Shown piece by piece: positions 1 through 10,006 of a stretch of DNA of 64,000 nt (positions are counted from its first letter, which is position 1; each line of letters starts with the position of its first letter). The position numbers and the translations under genes were made by a program. The stretch spans positions 98,185-162,184 of the forward strand of contig CAZQIF010000001.1 in assembly GCA_964593375.1 (NCBI GenBank), written 5' to 3'. Origin of the DNA: an uncultured Candidatus Saccharibacteria bacterium (GTDB lineage: Bacteria > Patescibacteriota > Minisyncoccia > Phycocordibacterales > UBA918). A model generated the notes under the pieces. That model saw nothing but the letters and a program-made list of their open reading frames with translations, did no database searches and was not told the DNA's origin.

Positions 1-490
1 ACTTACCGAAACCGAAGAGGAAAGCATGGAGCAACTCGAGAAACGTCTCAAGCTCTACCAAATTTTTAGAAACGCCGGAAAAATTGTTGAACAAGCATTT
101 GGTCGAAAGATGCTGTATGAGCGCACCTTTGTGTTTGATGAGACGCCACTTTTTGTAACCGATAACTACACCAATGTTTCTGCACTCACAAGTGCAATTG
201 CTGAAGTAGTCACTCGATTGCCGAAAAAAATTGATAAACCGAAAGTGCAGGTACGCAAAGTCGTGTCGCTTGAAGAAATGATTGACCGCCTTAAAGAGCG
301 TGTCGAACGACAGCTTTCATTTAAATTTAAAGATTTTACCGGAAATGCTTCTGAACGCGGGACAATTATAGTTGGTTTCCTTGCGGTACTCGAGATGGTC
401 AAACAGGGAAGTGTGATGGTACGACAAGCAGCACATTACACAGATATTGAAATTGAGCGGGATACAGGGAATGCTCCGAAATATGGATAG
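1..490 (+). CDS. scpA: Segregation and condensation protein A (ScpA), C-terminal part; 5' end lies outside the window
   Basis: The reading frame is open from base 2. The C-terminal motif ...TIIVGFLAVLEMVKQGSVMV is typical of ScpA. ScpB follows downstream. Confidence 0.75.
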   Translation, partial: LTETEEESMEQLEKRLKLYQIFRNAGKIVEQAFGRKMLYERTFVFDETPLFVTDNYTNVSALTSAIAEVVTRLPKKIDKPKVQVRKVVSLEEMIDRLKERVERQLSFKFKDFTGNASERGTIIVGFLAVLEMVKQGSVMVRQAAHYTDIEIERDTGNAPKYG

Positions 491-544
491 TTTGACGCGG
501 AAAAATGCGGATAGCACGCGGATTCATGCGGAAGGGTGAAGAGG

Positions 545-756
545 CGGTGTCATTCCGGGCTTGACCCGGAATCCAGAGTCAGCAAGAAATATTCTAGATC
601 CTGAATCAAGTTCAGGATGACAAATAATACGCTTCTGCGACTATCGGCGTTTATCCGCGTATTTTCTGGATTGCTTCACTTCGTTCGCAATGACAACCAC
701 CGGAAAGCTTCGCTTTCCGGTGGTTGTAATAGCTAAGTGCTAACAGCTATAAGCTA
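545..756. repeat. Structured repeat element, copy A. It has an IR unit gtcattccgggcttgacccggaatccag, a hairpin atcctgaatcaagttcaggat, and a DR unit ctggattgcttcacttcgttcgcaatgac-aaccaccggaaag..ctttccggtggtt followed by gctaagtgctaa words.
   Basis: Several perfect hairpins were read directly from the sequence. Related copies lie at 1161-1300, 17075-17190, 18915-19035 and 37805-37875. Confidence 0.7.
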
Positions 757-762
757 TAATAA

Positions 763-793
763 TTGACTAGTGTGTAACCACTGATATTATTAT
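763..793 (+). promoter_or_regulatory. Putative sigma70-like promoter for the small ORF at 797-1156. The -35 is TTGACT and the -10 is tattat/attatt, with a 17-19 nt spacer.
   Basis: Sequence motif match only. Confidence 0.35.
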
Positions 794-796
794 CAT

Positions 797-1156
797 ATGA
801 AAAAGGTGACTCCCAAAAAACAAGCTAAGAAAAAGCTCTCCTTGAGAGGTGCAAAGATGATTGATGGACTTCATACAAATGATGACGTCAAGCGATACAT
901 TGGTGCAGTTACTGAACATTTTGAACATCAGGTGTCTGCAGTTGCTGAACAATTCGGTTCTGTACAGCAAAAACTTGATTCCCACACAGAAATGATTGGT
1001 CGGCTCATGATTGATGTACAGGAAATCAAGAACGACCTCAAGCAAAAGGTGAATCGTGACGAATTCGCACACCTCGAAAAACGAGTGCTTGCACTTGAAA
1101 TTGGTCGTGGTAGCGACAATCCGCGAACCACTCTGGTAAGAACACCTCATCGATAG
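797..1156 (+). CDS. Hypothetical small basic coiled-coil protein (119 aa), inserted between scpA and scpB
   Basis: An intact ORF with a Lys-rich N-terminus and a heptad-like middle. It is flanked by repeat copies A and B. I recognise no homolog. Confidence 0.4.
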   Translation: MKKVTPKKQAKKKLSLRGAKMIDGLHTNDDVKRYIGAVTEHFEHQVSAVAEQFGSVQQKLDSHTEMIGRLMIDVQEIKNDLKQKVNRDEFAHLEKRVLALEIGRGSDNPRTTLVRTPHR

Positions 1157-1160
1157 TATC

Positions 1161-1300
1161 TAGCTATTAGCACTTGGCTTCTGGATTCCGGGTCAAGCCC
1201 GGAATGACACTGATTTCTGAGTTTTTTCTGGATTGCCACGCTTCGCTCGCAAAGACAACCACCGGAAAGTGAAGCTTTCCGGTGGTTCTAAGCGCTATGT
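1161..1300. repeat. Structured repeat element, copy B. The IR unit ctggattccgggtcaagcccggaatgac at 1181-1208 is the exact reverse complement of the copy A unit at 548-575. The DR unit at 1228-1287 is in the same orientation as in copy A.
   Basis: Direct comparison of the two copies. Confidence 0.7.
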
Positions 1301-1376
1301 GCTTCGGACTACGGTCTAGTCGGTTTATTGACAGGTTGGGGGCGAAAAATGGCCAAAATGTTGGTATACTTTAACT

Positions 1377-1937
1377 ATGGACCTTGAACGGCACATTGAG
1401 GGTGTCCTGTTTTATGAAGCAGAACCCATGACGATTAAAGCTCTCGCGGGTTTTTTTGAACGTACCCCTGAAGAAATTCTTTCAGCAATTGAATCACTTT
1501 CACAAAGACTCCTAAATGGAGCAACACGCATCGTACGAACTGACACCACTGTCGAGCTTGTCACCGCACCTGAAGTAGCAGAGACTATTGAAAAACTTCG
1601 ACGTGATGACCTTAAACGCGACATCGGAAAAGCGGGCGCTGAAACACTTGCGATTATTTTATACAAAGGACAACTAAGTCGCGCTGAAATCGACAACATC
1701 CGAGGAGTGAACTCCTCTTTCATTCTTCGCAACCTACTCGTACGTGGCCTCATTGAACGACGACCACATCCACGCGACCAACGCTCTTTTATGTACGCAA
1801 TTACCTCATCACTTCTTGAACACCTCGGTATTACAAAGCGCGAAGAACTTCCACAATTTGCAGACATCATGAATGCGCTTGATACCTTTGAAAAGGAGCG
1901 AAATGATACACCAGAACAAGTCTCACTCACTGATTAA
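1377..1937 (+). CDS. scpB: Segregation and condensation protein B (ScpB)
   Basis: The N-terminal winged-helix region IEGVLFYEAEPMTIKALA and the RGV.SSFILRNLLVRGLIER motif are typical of ScpB. Confidence 0.9.
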   Translation: MDLERHIEGVLFYEAEPMTIKALAGFFERTPEEILSAIESLSQRLLNGATRIVRTDTTVELVTAPEVAETIEKLRRDDLKRDIGKAGAETLAIILYKGQLSRAEIDNIRGVNSSFILRNLLVRGLIERRPHPRDQRSFMYAITSSLLEHLGITKREELPQFADIMNALDTFEKERNDTPEQVSLTD

Positions 1938-1938
1938 T

Positions 1939-2982
1939 ATGCCACCAGAAACTGAACCAACAGAGGAGATTATTACTCCAATTGCTCAAATACCAGAACC
2001 GCCTCTGCCTGAGGCATGGCATGTTCCGGTACTAAGGCAACTCTTTGTAGCGCTCGGCATTCTTGCGGTGGTGTTTGGTTCAACGTATGCAGGAACACTT
2101 GCTTCACTCCGTAATCAAAAAGCTGATGTCACCTCAGATGTGCGTGTTGAGGCAACACTCGCAGATGTCTCACAAGCTGAACCGATGCTCTCAGAGTACT
2201 TCAACGATGTCGTACTCACTGCAAAATCTGCTTTCGTGTTTGATGTCCAAAAAGGAAAGGTACTCTTTAACAAAAATGGTGATGAGGAGCTTCCACTTGC
2301 TTCGGTTACAAAACTCATGACTGCACTTGTCGCCTATGAGCTTCTCGAAACAGGGGCAACCGTTCCTATTTCTGTCGATGCGATTCGTGAGAGTGGAGAC
2401 AGTGGCTTTACTGACGGGGAGACATTTAGTGCGCGCGACCTCATTGACCTTGTCCTCATTGAATCTTCAAACGACGGTGCACGTGCGCTTGCAGGAGCGG
2501 CAGGGGAAGCACTCGTGGAGAGCGACGACCCAAACAGCGTTTTTATTGAAGCGATGAATCTCAAAGCAGAAGAAATTGGTCTCACCCGTACTCATTTCAG
2601 TAATGCAACTGGGCTCGACCTTTCACTGACCGAAGCGGGTGCATATGGAAGCGCCCGCGATATGGCATTCCTTATGGAGTATATCGTCACTAAATATCCT
2701 GACCTCGTGGCCCTCACGAGCACCAAACTCACTAAGATTGATAATACTCAGGGTGATTACCATCTCGTGAAAAACACGAACGAGGCTGTAAGCGAAATAC
2801 CAGGGCTTATTGCTTCAAAGACCGGATACACCGCACTTGCGGGTGGTAACCTTGTCATTGCGTTTGAGGCAGGGCTCAACCACGTCATTGTTGTTGCAGT
2901 TCTCGGCTCAACTGAAACGGGTCGTTTCGAAGATGTGGCTCTCCTCAGTGAACGAGCACGAGATTATGTAACAAGTAAATAA
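1939..2982 (+). CDS. D-alanyl-D-alanine carboxypeptidase, serine peptidase family S11 (PBP5-like)
   Basis: SxxK is present as SVTKLMTA, SxN as ESSNDGA, and KTG as SKTGYT. A TM segment lies at the N-terminus. An alternative start at 1873 would overlap scpB. Confidence 0.85.
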   Translation: MPPETEPTEEIITPIAQIPEPPLPEAWHVPVLRQLFVALGILAVVFGSTYAGTLASLRNQKADVTSDVRVEATLADVSQAEPMLSEYFNDVVLTAKSAFVFDVQKGKVLFNKNGDEELPLASVTKLMTALVAYELLETGATVPISVDAIRESGDSGFTDGETFSARDLIDLVLIESSNDGARALAGAAGEALVESDDPNSVFIEAMNLKAEEIGLTRTHFSNATGLDLSLTEAGAYGSARDMAFLMEYIVTKYPDLVALTSTKLTKIDNTQGDYHLVKNTNEAVSEIPGLIASKTGYTALAGGNLVIAFEAGLNHVIVVAVLGSTETGRFEDVALLSERARDYVTSK

Positions 2983-2990
2983 TTCACCAT

Positions 2991-4064
2991 ATGGAAGCTT
3001 CACTTATTAAAGTTTTTGCGCCGACCGCATTCGCATTCGTTGTGGGTATTATCATTACTCCACTTGTGACGCACTACCTCTACACGTACAAAATGTGGAA
3101 GAAAAAGGCAGGGAAGGGTGCAGGATACGGTGGCGGGGAAACTCCTATCTTTGATGCACTCCATAAAGAGAAGGACACCAATACTCCGCGTATGGGTGGT
3201 GTCGTTATTTGGGCGAGTGTACTCATCACCATTTTCTGCCTTTGGACACTCCAGTTTCTCTTCCCCGAAAGTGGTTTTTCAAAACTCGATTTTCTCAGTC
3301 GTTCACAGACATGGCTTCCTTTGGGCGCACTTATTATTGGTGCCTTCGTTGGGTTTATTGATGATTTTCTCGTTATTCGAGGAACGGGGAAGCATTTTGC
3401 TGGTGGACTACCACTCAGCCAACGACTCGTTGTTGTTGCAATCACTGCTCTTTTTAGCGCGTGGTGGTTTTATGAAAAACTCGATGTCCATGAAGTATCC
3501 CTCATTGGATACGGACCTATTGATTTAGGAATATTATTCATTCCATTTTTTGTACTCGTAGCAGTAGCGATATATGCAAGTAGCGTCATCGACGGAATTG
3601 ATGGTCTCTCTGGTGGTACCTTCATGTTTATTTTTACTGCGTATGCCGGCATAGCACTTTTCCAGAATCAAATCGACCTCGCGGCATATTGTGCTACTCT
3701 TGTTGGAGGCATTCTTGCGTTCCTCTGGTTTAATGTTCCACCCGCTCGTTTCTATATGACCGAAACGGGTGTCATGGCGCTCACGATGACACTCACCATC
3801 GTTGCCTTCATGACTGATGTCATTGGGGGAGGGGAGGGTGTTTCAGTACTCCCCATTATCGGTATACTCCTCGTCATCACCGTTCTTTCGGATATTTTGC
3901 AAGTTTTTTCAAAAAAAGTGCTTAAGAGAAAAGTATTTCAAATTGCACCCATTCATCATCATTTTGAAGCCGTTGGATGGCCCGCACCAAAAGTCACGAT
4001 GCGCTATTGGATTTTAGGTTTTGTCTTTGCCATTATCGGTATTTTGCTCGCAATCGCGCTCTAA
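2991..4064 (+). CDS. mraY: Phospho-N-acetylmuramoyl-pentapeptide transferase MraY
   Basis: A polytopic membrane protein with the PIHHHFE signature. Confidence 0.95.
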   Translation: MEASLIKVFAPTAFAFVVGIIITPLVTHYLYTYKMWKKKAGKGAGYGGGETPIFDALHKEKDTNTPRMGGVVIWASVLITIFCLWTLQFLFPESGFSKLDFLSRSQTWLPLGALIIGAFVGFIDDFLVIRGTGKHFAGGLPLSQRLVVVAITALFSAWWFYEKLDVHEVSLIGYGPIDLGILFIPFFVLVAVAIYASSVIDGIDGLSGGTFMFIFTAYAGIALFQNQIDLAAYCATLVGGILAFLWFNVPPARFYMTETGVMALTMTLTIVAFMTDVIGGGEGVSVLPIIGILLVITVLSDILQVFSKKVLKRKVFQIAPIHHHFEAVGWPAPKVTMRYWILGFVFAIIGILLAIAL

Positions 4065-4080
4065 AATTTCTCATTCTCCT

Positions 4081-5190
4081 ATGCATCATACTATCGACAG
4101 AACACTTCTCATTCTCGTCGTCGTTATAGTTGCTATCGGCTTCTTCGTTTTTTCTTCTGCATCACTCGGACTTTTAGCGCGCACTGGAGCACAGTTTTCC
4201 TCGGTAGCGCTTAATCAAGTTCTCTTCGGTCTTATAGGTGGTATGATTGCGCTCCTCATAACAAGTTCTATTCACTACCGCGTGTGGCGACAATACGCAT
4301 TTTATATATTTTTAATTTCTCTTGGGCTCACGCTTCTCGTATTCGTGCCCGCACTCAACTTCGAACACGGCGGTGCGAGACGGTGGATTGAAGTCGGTTC
4401 GTTTACTTTTCAACCCGCTGAGGTTTTGAAGATTGGTTTCGTTATCTATATTGCCACGTGGCTCTCAGGTATGAAAAAACGTATCACTGAATTCAAAGCA
4501 GGAACGCTCACTTTTTTTGGCCTCATCGGAATTCTTGGTGTTGTCATGCTTCTTCAGCCTGACACCGACACGTTCCTCATCATTGTTACTGCTTCTCTCG
4601 CTATGTTTATTGTGGCGGGCGGACGAATTCGTGATGTGATTATTTTTATACTTATCGGTGTGACACTCCTCGTAGCACTCGCGTTTACCAGGCCCTATAT
4701 CATGGAGCGTTTCACTGTGTTTCTTGACCCCATGAGTGACCCACAAGGTTCCGGCTACCAAATTAAGCAATCGCTCATTGCGGTTGGTTCAGGTGGTATC
4801 ACCGGACGTGGTTTTGGCCAAAGTATTCAAAAATTTGAATACTTACCTGAGCCTATTGGGGACTCGATTTTTGCGGTATTTAGCGAAGAATTTGGATTCA
4901 TCGGCAGTGTGCTCCTCATATTGCTCTTTGTTGCCTTTACCTTTCGAGGATATCGCATTGCTACCCATGCTCCTGATCTTTTTGGCATGCTCATTGTGGT
5001 TGGACTCATCACACTCATCATCACACAAACATTTCTCAACATTTCCGGCATGCTCGCACTTGCACCACTCTCGGGGTTACCGCTACCACTCATTAGTCAT
5101 GGCGGAACCGCACTCCTTACCACACTTGCAAGCATCGGCATTGTACTCAATGTGTCAAAGTATCAACGCCATTTTGAGATACAGTCGTGA
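4081..5190 (+). CDS. ftsW: SEDS-family peptidoglycan glycosyltransferase FtsW/RodA
   Basis: A 10-TM protein with conserved GGxxR and the C-terminal PLPLISHGGT motif. It lies between mraY and murG. The start is taken at MHHTIDR. Confidence 0.85.
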   Translation: MHHTIDRTLLILVVVIVAIGFFVFSSASLGLLARTGAQFSSVALNQVLFGLIGGMIALLITSSIHYRVWRQYAFYIFLISLGLTLLVFVPALNFEHGGARRWIEVGSFTFQPAEVLKIGFVIYIATWLSGMKKRITEFKAGTLTFFGLIGILGVVMLLQPDTDTFLIIVTASLAMFIVAGGRIRDVIIFILIGVTLLVALAFTRPYIMERFTVFLDPMSDPQGSGYQIKQSLIAVGSGGITGRGFGQSIQKFEYLPEPIGDSIFAVFSEEFGFIGSVLLILLFVAFTFRGYRIATHAPDLFGMLIVVGLITLIITQTFLNISGMLALAPLSGLPLPLISHGGTALLTTLASIGIVLNVSKYQRHFEIQS

Positions 5191-5209
5191 TACCATATAG
5201 TCATCACCT

Positions 5210-6328
5210 ATGAGCAGAGCAGTTATCGTATTAGTGGGAGGAGGAACCGGCGGGCATTTTTACCCGCTCATGAGTATTGCTGAAGCACTTAACACAGCTC
5301 CAAAAAAGCCGACACTTTACTACATGGGTCCAGACCCATACGACAAAGCGACGCTCGATAAAGAACAAATTAGTTTCATCAGTTGTCCTGCCGGAAAACG
5401 ACGCAAATATTTTTCGCTTCTTAACTACCTCGATTTCTTTAAAACGCTCAGTGGCATTTTTGTTGCAGTCATAAAACTCTTCTCCATATACCCTGATGTC
5501 ATCATTAGCAAAGGTGGGTACACGAGTGTACCGATTGTGCTCGCCGGATGGTTTCTCCGTATTCCGATTATCGTCCATGAATCTGATGCTGCGGTAGGTT
5601 CAGCAAATAAACTTGCCGCAAAATTTGCCCGCGTTGTCCTTGTTTCATACAAGGAGACTGTTCAATTTTTCCCTGCAGAGAAAACAGCATTTGTGGGAAA
5701 TCCCATACGACACGAACTCCGCACCCAACCCACAAGTGCACCCCATGAGCGTCTCGGTATTGAACCAACACTTCCCATGATTCTCGTCCTCGGCGGTTCG
5801 CAGGGTGCAGAGCGACTCAATGAACTTATTCTTGACTCACTCGATGAGCTTCTTGTTGATTTCACTATCGTGCATCAAACCGGCGAAAGACATTTCAATG
5901 TTGTGTCAGGCTCTGCGCATGGACTCGTTCCTAATCCTGAACTTTTTAAACGATATCATCCAGTCCCATTCCTCGGTCCTGATTTACTTAATGATGCACT
6001 CCATACCGCGACTCTCATTATTTCACGCGCAGGAAGTGGCACCATTCACGAAATTGCCATCCACGGCAAACCTGCAATTCTCATTCCGATTCCTGAGTCA
6101 ATAAGTCACGACCAGCGCACAAATGCATTCACCTATGCACGTTCTGGTGGTGCAATTGTAATGGAAGAATCCAATTTTAGTGACGGCTTGCTTCGAGCTG
6201 AAATTGACCGTATTATAGGAAATCCCGATATTTATAGCGAAATGTCGAGTTCAGCGCTCACCTTTGGGCGCGCAGATGCGGGGGATACAATTGCACAGAT
6301 TACACTTGAACTCGCCGAAACTCACTAA
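5210..6328 (+). CDS. murG: UDP-GlcNAc:lipid I N-acetylglucosaminyltransferase MurG
   Basis: The N-terminus GGGTGGHFYP matches MurG. It has a GT28 fold and sits within the dcw context. Confidence 0.9.
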   Translation: MSRAVIVLVGGGTGGHFYPLMSIAEALNTAPKKPTLYYMGPDPYDKATLDKEQISFISCPAGKRRKYFSLLNYLDFFKTLSGIFVAVIKLFSIYPDVIISKGGYTSVPIVLAGWFLRIPIIVHESDAAVGSANKLAAKFARVVLVSYKETVQFFPAEKTAFVGNPIRHELRTQPTSAPHERLGIEPTLPMILVLGGSQGAERLNELILDSLDELLVDFTIVHQTGERHFNVVSGSAHGLVPNPELFKRYHPVPFLGPDLLNDALHTATLIISRAGSGTIHEIAIHGKPAILIPIPESISHDQRTNAFTYARSGGAIVMEESNFSDGLLRAEIDRIIGNPDIYSEMSSSALTFGRADAGDTIAQITLELAETH

Positions 6329-6333
6329 TCCTT

Positions 6334-7710
6334 ATGGAAACTCCAAAATCCCAGGTTATCACTCGAATGCCCCCAAGCCCAACCGGCCTTCTTCATGTTG
6401 GCAACGTGCGAACGCTACTTTTTAACTATCTGTATGCAAAAAAGCATGGTGGAAAAATTGTGTTTCGTTCTGAAGATACTGACAAGGTGCGCAGTCGCCG
6501 CGAGTACGAAGAAATTAATCTTGACGACTTAGCATGGCTCGGTCTTTCATGGGATGAGTTTCATCGCCAATCTGAACGAGCTCCTATTTATCGTGATTAC
6601 CTCGAACGCTTGATTCAGCAAGATTTAGCGTATCTCTCAACAGAAGAAAGCAAACAAAACGAAGGGGAGATGGTTACTGTTGTACGATTACGAAATCCGA
6701 ATCAAGTCATAACTTTTACAGATGAAATTCGTGGAGAAATTACCTTTGACACAACGGAGCTTGGTGACATTGTTATCGCACGATCTCTCGATGACGCCTT
6801 GTACCATTTCACCGTTGTTGTTGATGATCATGAAATGAGTGTTACTCATATTATTCGTGGTGAAGACCATATTTCAAATACACCACGACAAATACTTATA
6901 CAGGAAGCACTTGGTTTTTCACGACCTATCTATGCACACTTGCCAATACTCCTCGGTACCGATCGTTCAAAGCTTTCAAAACGACATGGTTCAGTTTCGC
7001 TCCATGAATACCGAACACAAGGCTTTCTACCTCAAGCGATAAATAATTACCTTGCACTTCTCGGGTGGAACCCCGGAACAAATCAAGAAGTGTTCACCCT
7101 CCAAGAACTCATTGAACAGTTTGATTTAGCTGGTGTACAAAAAAGCGCAGCGATTTTTGATATTGAGAAAATGAAGTGGCTCAACCGAGAACATCTTCTT
7201 CGTATTGATGATGAGGCATTTTTTGATATGGCATTTGAACGCCTTTCTGAACGCATCTACGACCTCCCACAGTTTAGTCAGCATCGACTACGACTACTTC
7301 TGCCAACCATACGTGAACGTATTTCTGTTGCATCAGACATTACCGAGGAGGCTAAGAAGGGGGAGTATGATTTTGCCTTTACCGCACCAAAAGTTCCAGC
7401 TCTGATGCTCAAGTGGAAGAATGACACCTCCGTGCGTGATACGCTTCCTCGTCTACAAAAACTTGCTGAAATTATTTCACAAATACCTGAAGACATTGAT
7501 GCTGAAGAAATTAAGTCATACATCTGGAATTACGCCGAGGAAGTAGGGAAGGGGGAAGTTCTCTGGCCACTTCGGGTAGCGCTGACTGGAAAAGAGCGCT
7601 CACCAGACCCGTTTACTGTCATTGCTATTATAGGTTCTCCTGAAGCATTTAAAAGAATACAGAGTGCGTGTGATACAATTTTACATACAGAGGAGCGTCC
7701 GACAGCGTAA
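6334..7710 (+). CDS. gltX: Glutamyl-tRNA synthetase
   Basis: The HIGH region PSPTGLLHVGN and the KLSKRHG (KMSKS) motif are present. Confidence 0.95.
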   Translation: METPKSQVITRMPPSPTGLLHVGNVRTLLFNYLYAKKHGGKIVFRSEDTDKVRSRREYEEINLDDLAWLGLSWDEFHRQSERAPIYRDYLERLIQQDLAYLSTEESKQNEGEMVTVVRLRNPNQVITFTDEIRGEITFDTTELGDIVIARSLDDALYHFTVVVDDHEMSVTHIIRGEDHISNTPRQILIQEALGFSRPIYAHLPILLGTDRSKLSKRHGSVSLHEYRTQGFLPQAINNYLALLGWNPGTNQEVFTLQELIEQFDLAGVQKSAAIFDIEKMKWLNREHLLRIDDEAFFDMAFERLSERIYDLPQFSQHRLRLLLPTIRERISVASDITEEAKKGEYDFAFTAPKVPALMLKWKNDTSVRDTLPRLQKLAEIISQIPEDIDAEEIKSYIWNYAEEVGKGEVLWPLRVALTGKERSPDPFTVIAIIGSPEAFKRIQSACDTILHTEERPTA

Positions 7711-7751
7711 CACATACCTTTTGACCAATTCTCTGTAAAGCTCAGTATACT

Positions 7752-9089
7752 TTGAACACACAACCATTCAGTATGGCGAAGTTTTTTCAACAAGTTAGTT
7801 TTTTTGGTGCGTTGTTTTGGGTTCTTCTCCTCATCATATACGTCACACCCGTATCACTTGCAGAAGCACAATCTCAGGTTGAACAACTCAAGAATCAAAT
7901 TAATGAACGCAATACGCGACTCGAGGAAATTGAGAAAGAAATCGCTGCCTATCAAGCCGAACTCAAGAAAGTAGGTGGTGAAAAAAAGACACTCCAATCT
8001 GCTATCAACCAGCTTGAGCTCGAACGAAAAAAAGTACAGTCTGATATTAAATACACACAAAATAAAATTGGGGCGAAAGATTTGGAACTAAACAAACTGA
8101 GCCTCGAGATTGGCTTGACTCAAGAATCAATCACCACAAACGAGGAAGCAATTGCCGAAACGTTGCGTCGGCTCAATGAGTCTGATAATGACTCATTCAT
8201 TATCGCACTTCTTGAGTATGACAATCTTTCCGAAATTTGGAACTCTATAGAGGAGCTCGAGCAAGTTCGTTCGTTTATGTACAATAAGGTGGGGAGCCTC
8301 GTGTCAGAAAAGATTCTCCTTGAACAAAAGCGTGAAGAAACCACTGAAAAGCGTGAAGAACTTGTTGATCTTAAAAACCAATACACCGACCAGAATCTGG
8401 TTTTGACGAGCAACAAAACAGAGAAGAGTACACTTCTTAAGCGCACGCAAAGCCAAGAAGCAGAATATCAAAAAATGCTCAAAGAAAAAGAAGCAGCACA
8501 AGCGCAACTCCTTAAAGAATTGCGTGACTTTGAGTCAAAACTACAATTCATTCTTGATCCGAACACGATTCCACCAAAAGGAACTCAGGTATTTAACTGG
8601 CCGGTCGATAATGTGGTCATCACACAACTTTTTGGTGGCACTGAGTTTGCAAAGCAAAACGCATCGGTCTACGGCGGTCGTGCGTATCATCCGGGAGTCG
8701 ACTTTGGTGTACCGCGTGGTACGAAAATTTTTGCACCACTTGCAGGTACCGTGCGTGCAACGGGTGATACCGATGCCGTCTCCGGATGTTACTCATGGGG
8801 TAAGTGGACACTCATTGATCATGCAAATGGTCTTTCAACCCTCTATGCACACCAAAGCGTGCAGAGTGTTGTTCCTGGTCAATATGTGAACACTGGTGAC
8901 ATCATCGGATACAGCGGCAACACAGGCTATTCGACAGGTCCACACCTCCACTTCACTGTGTATGCAAAGTCAGGTGTCTCTGTACGTAAATTTAATGAAA
9001 TTAAGGCGGTAACAAGCTGTGGAGCGGCGACAACGCCAGTGGCAGCAACTGACGCCTACATTGACCCAATGGTTTATTTACCTCAGTAA
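7752..9089 (+). CDS. M23 family metallopeptidase with an N-terminal coiled coil (EnvC/NlpD-like murein hydrolase or activator)
   Basis: A signal/TM segment is followed by a long coiled coil. The C-terminal HPGVDFG...HLHFTVY is the M23 motif. Confidence 0.8.
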   Translation: MNTQPFSMAKFFQQVSFFGALFWVLLLIIYVTPVSLAEAQSQVEQLKNQINERNTRLEEIEKEIAAYQAELKKVGGEKKTLQSAINQLELERKKVQSDIKYTQNKIGAKDLELNKLSLEIGLTQESITTNEEAIAETLRRLNESDNDSFIIALLEYDNLSEIWNSIEELEQVRSFMYNKVGSLVSEKILLEQKREETTEKREELVDLKNQYTDQNLVLTSNKTEKSTLLKRTQSQEAEYQKMLKEKEAAQAQLLKELRDFESKLQFILDPNTIPPKGTQVFNWPVDNVVITQLFGGTEFAKQNASVYGGRAYHPGVDFGVPRGTKIFAPLAGTVRATGDTDAVSGCYSWGKWTLIDHANGLSTLYAHQSVQSVVPGQYVNTGDIIGYSGNTGYSTGPHLHFTVYAKSGVSVRKFNEIKAVTSCGAATTPVAATDAYIDPMVYLPQ

Positions 9090-9130
9090 TAAACCCACAC
9101 ATTTTTATATTACTAACTTACAAAAATTCA

Positions 9131-9196
9131 CCTTGCCAAAAAATTGACCGCTCACGGGCGCTAGCCCAAGCTTTAGTCAATTTTTTGGCAGGGTGA
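9131..9196 (+). terminator. Long, roughly 20-bp-stem inverted repeat caccttgccaaaaaattgac...gtcaattttttggcagggtg downstream of the M23 peptidase gene
   Basis: A near-perfect inverted repeat with one mismatch. It is a likely terminator or regulatory hairpin. Confidence 0.45.
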
Positions 9197-9249
9197 GTTC
9201 TTGTATAAAATTGCAGTGATTTTTCTAAATTGAGCCCAAATTTTACACT

Positions 9250-9744
9250 ATGATACAATCAGAAGTAATGAAACGGTTACTTTTTGTAGCACTCGTTATT
9301 GGTATCTGCTATCTCTCACTTGAGGGTTTAGAGAGTCTCACTGGGAAGAATCTCACCGCACTTCTCATACGAGCAAAAGGCTCTGCGGTCACTGAAACGA
9401 TTCTCAAACACTACACCGAGAGTGTTCCAGCACTTCGTGAGGTGATTAGTGAAAGCGGTTCGTACACACTGAACACACAATATGTAGACATCGACCGAGA
9501 TGGTGATGACGACCTCATTGTCATACTCGACTCAGTGCTCACATGCGGTTCAGGCGGATGCATGGCAAGCATGTTTTTACAAAATAAAGAAAAAGAATTT
9601 GTGCCGATTGATTTCCTCTACACGGTTAAAAATATTGAACCACTCGACACCTATTCAAGCGGTATGCGTGATCTCCGTATCAATGATGACGTATCAAACC
9701 ATCTTATATGGAATGGTAGTTCCTATACACTCGAGAGTCTTTAG
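9250..9744 (+). CDS. Hypothetical secreted protein (signal peptide, Asp-rich DxDxDGDDD stretch)
   Basis: An ORF with an N-terminal hydrophobic segment and no recognisable family. Confidence 0.4.
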   Translation: MIQSEVMKRLLFVALVIGICYLSLEGLESLTGKNLTALLIRAKGSAVTETILKHYTESVPALREVISESGSYTLNTQYVDIDRDGDDDLIVILDSVLTCGSGGCMASMFLQNKEKEFVPIDFLYTVKNIEPLDTYSSGMRDLRINDDVSNHLIWNGSSYTLESL

Positions 9745-9964
9745 AGCATATCTTCATATGCCTCATCTACTGTGTCGTCTGCATCAAAGTGATGGTTCAC
9801 CGTATATGTATACGACTCACACCACTTTGATTTGACTCCTTGTACCTGAGGCATCTGAAGGCATGCTCACAGCTGGTGCTTTTCAGGAGTGCAAACCAAA
9901 CATCTTGTTCTGGATATTTTAATAAACTTTCAACGAGTTCAGTACATACCTTGAGACGTAGGAT

Positions 9965-10006
9965 AGTACCTCTAAAACGACCTCGAGAGGTCATTTTAGA
10001 GGTACT
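9965..10006. repeat. 42-nt near-perfect palindrome agtacctctaaaacgacctcgagaggtcattttagaggtact
   Basis: Read directly. It lies within a 670-bp non-coding stretch upstream of the recombinase gene. Confidence 0.6.

Noticed and set aside
166-517. Antisense and out-of-frame ORFs (166-402, 317-517) inside scpA, and many similar short ORFs nested in or antisense to long genes throughout the track (for example 2063-2585, 3080-3652, 4465-5200, 14253-14961, 27147-28434, 50181-52464).
   Set aside because: They overlap confidently assigned genes on the other strand or frame and show low-complexity or biased composition typical of shadow ORFs.
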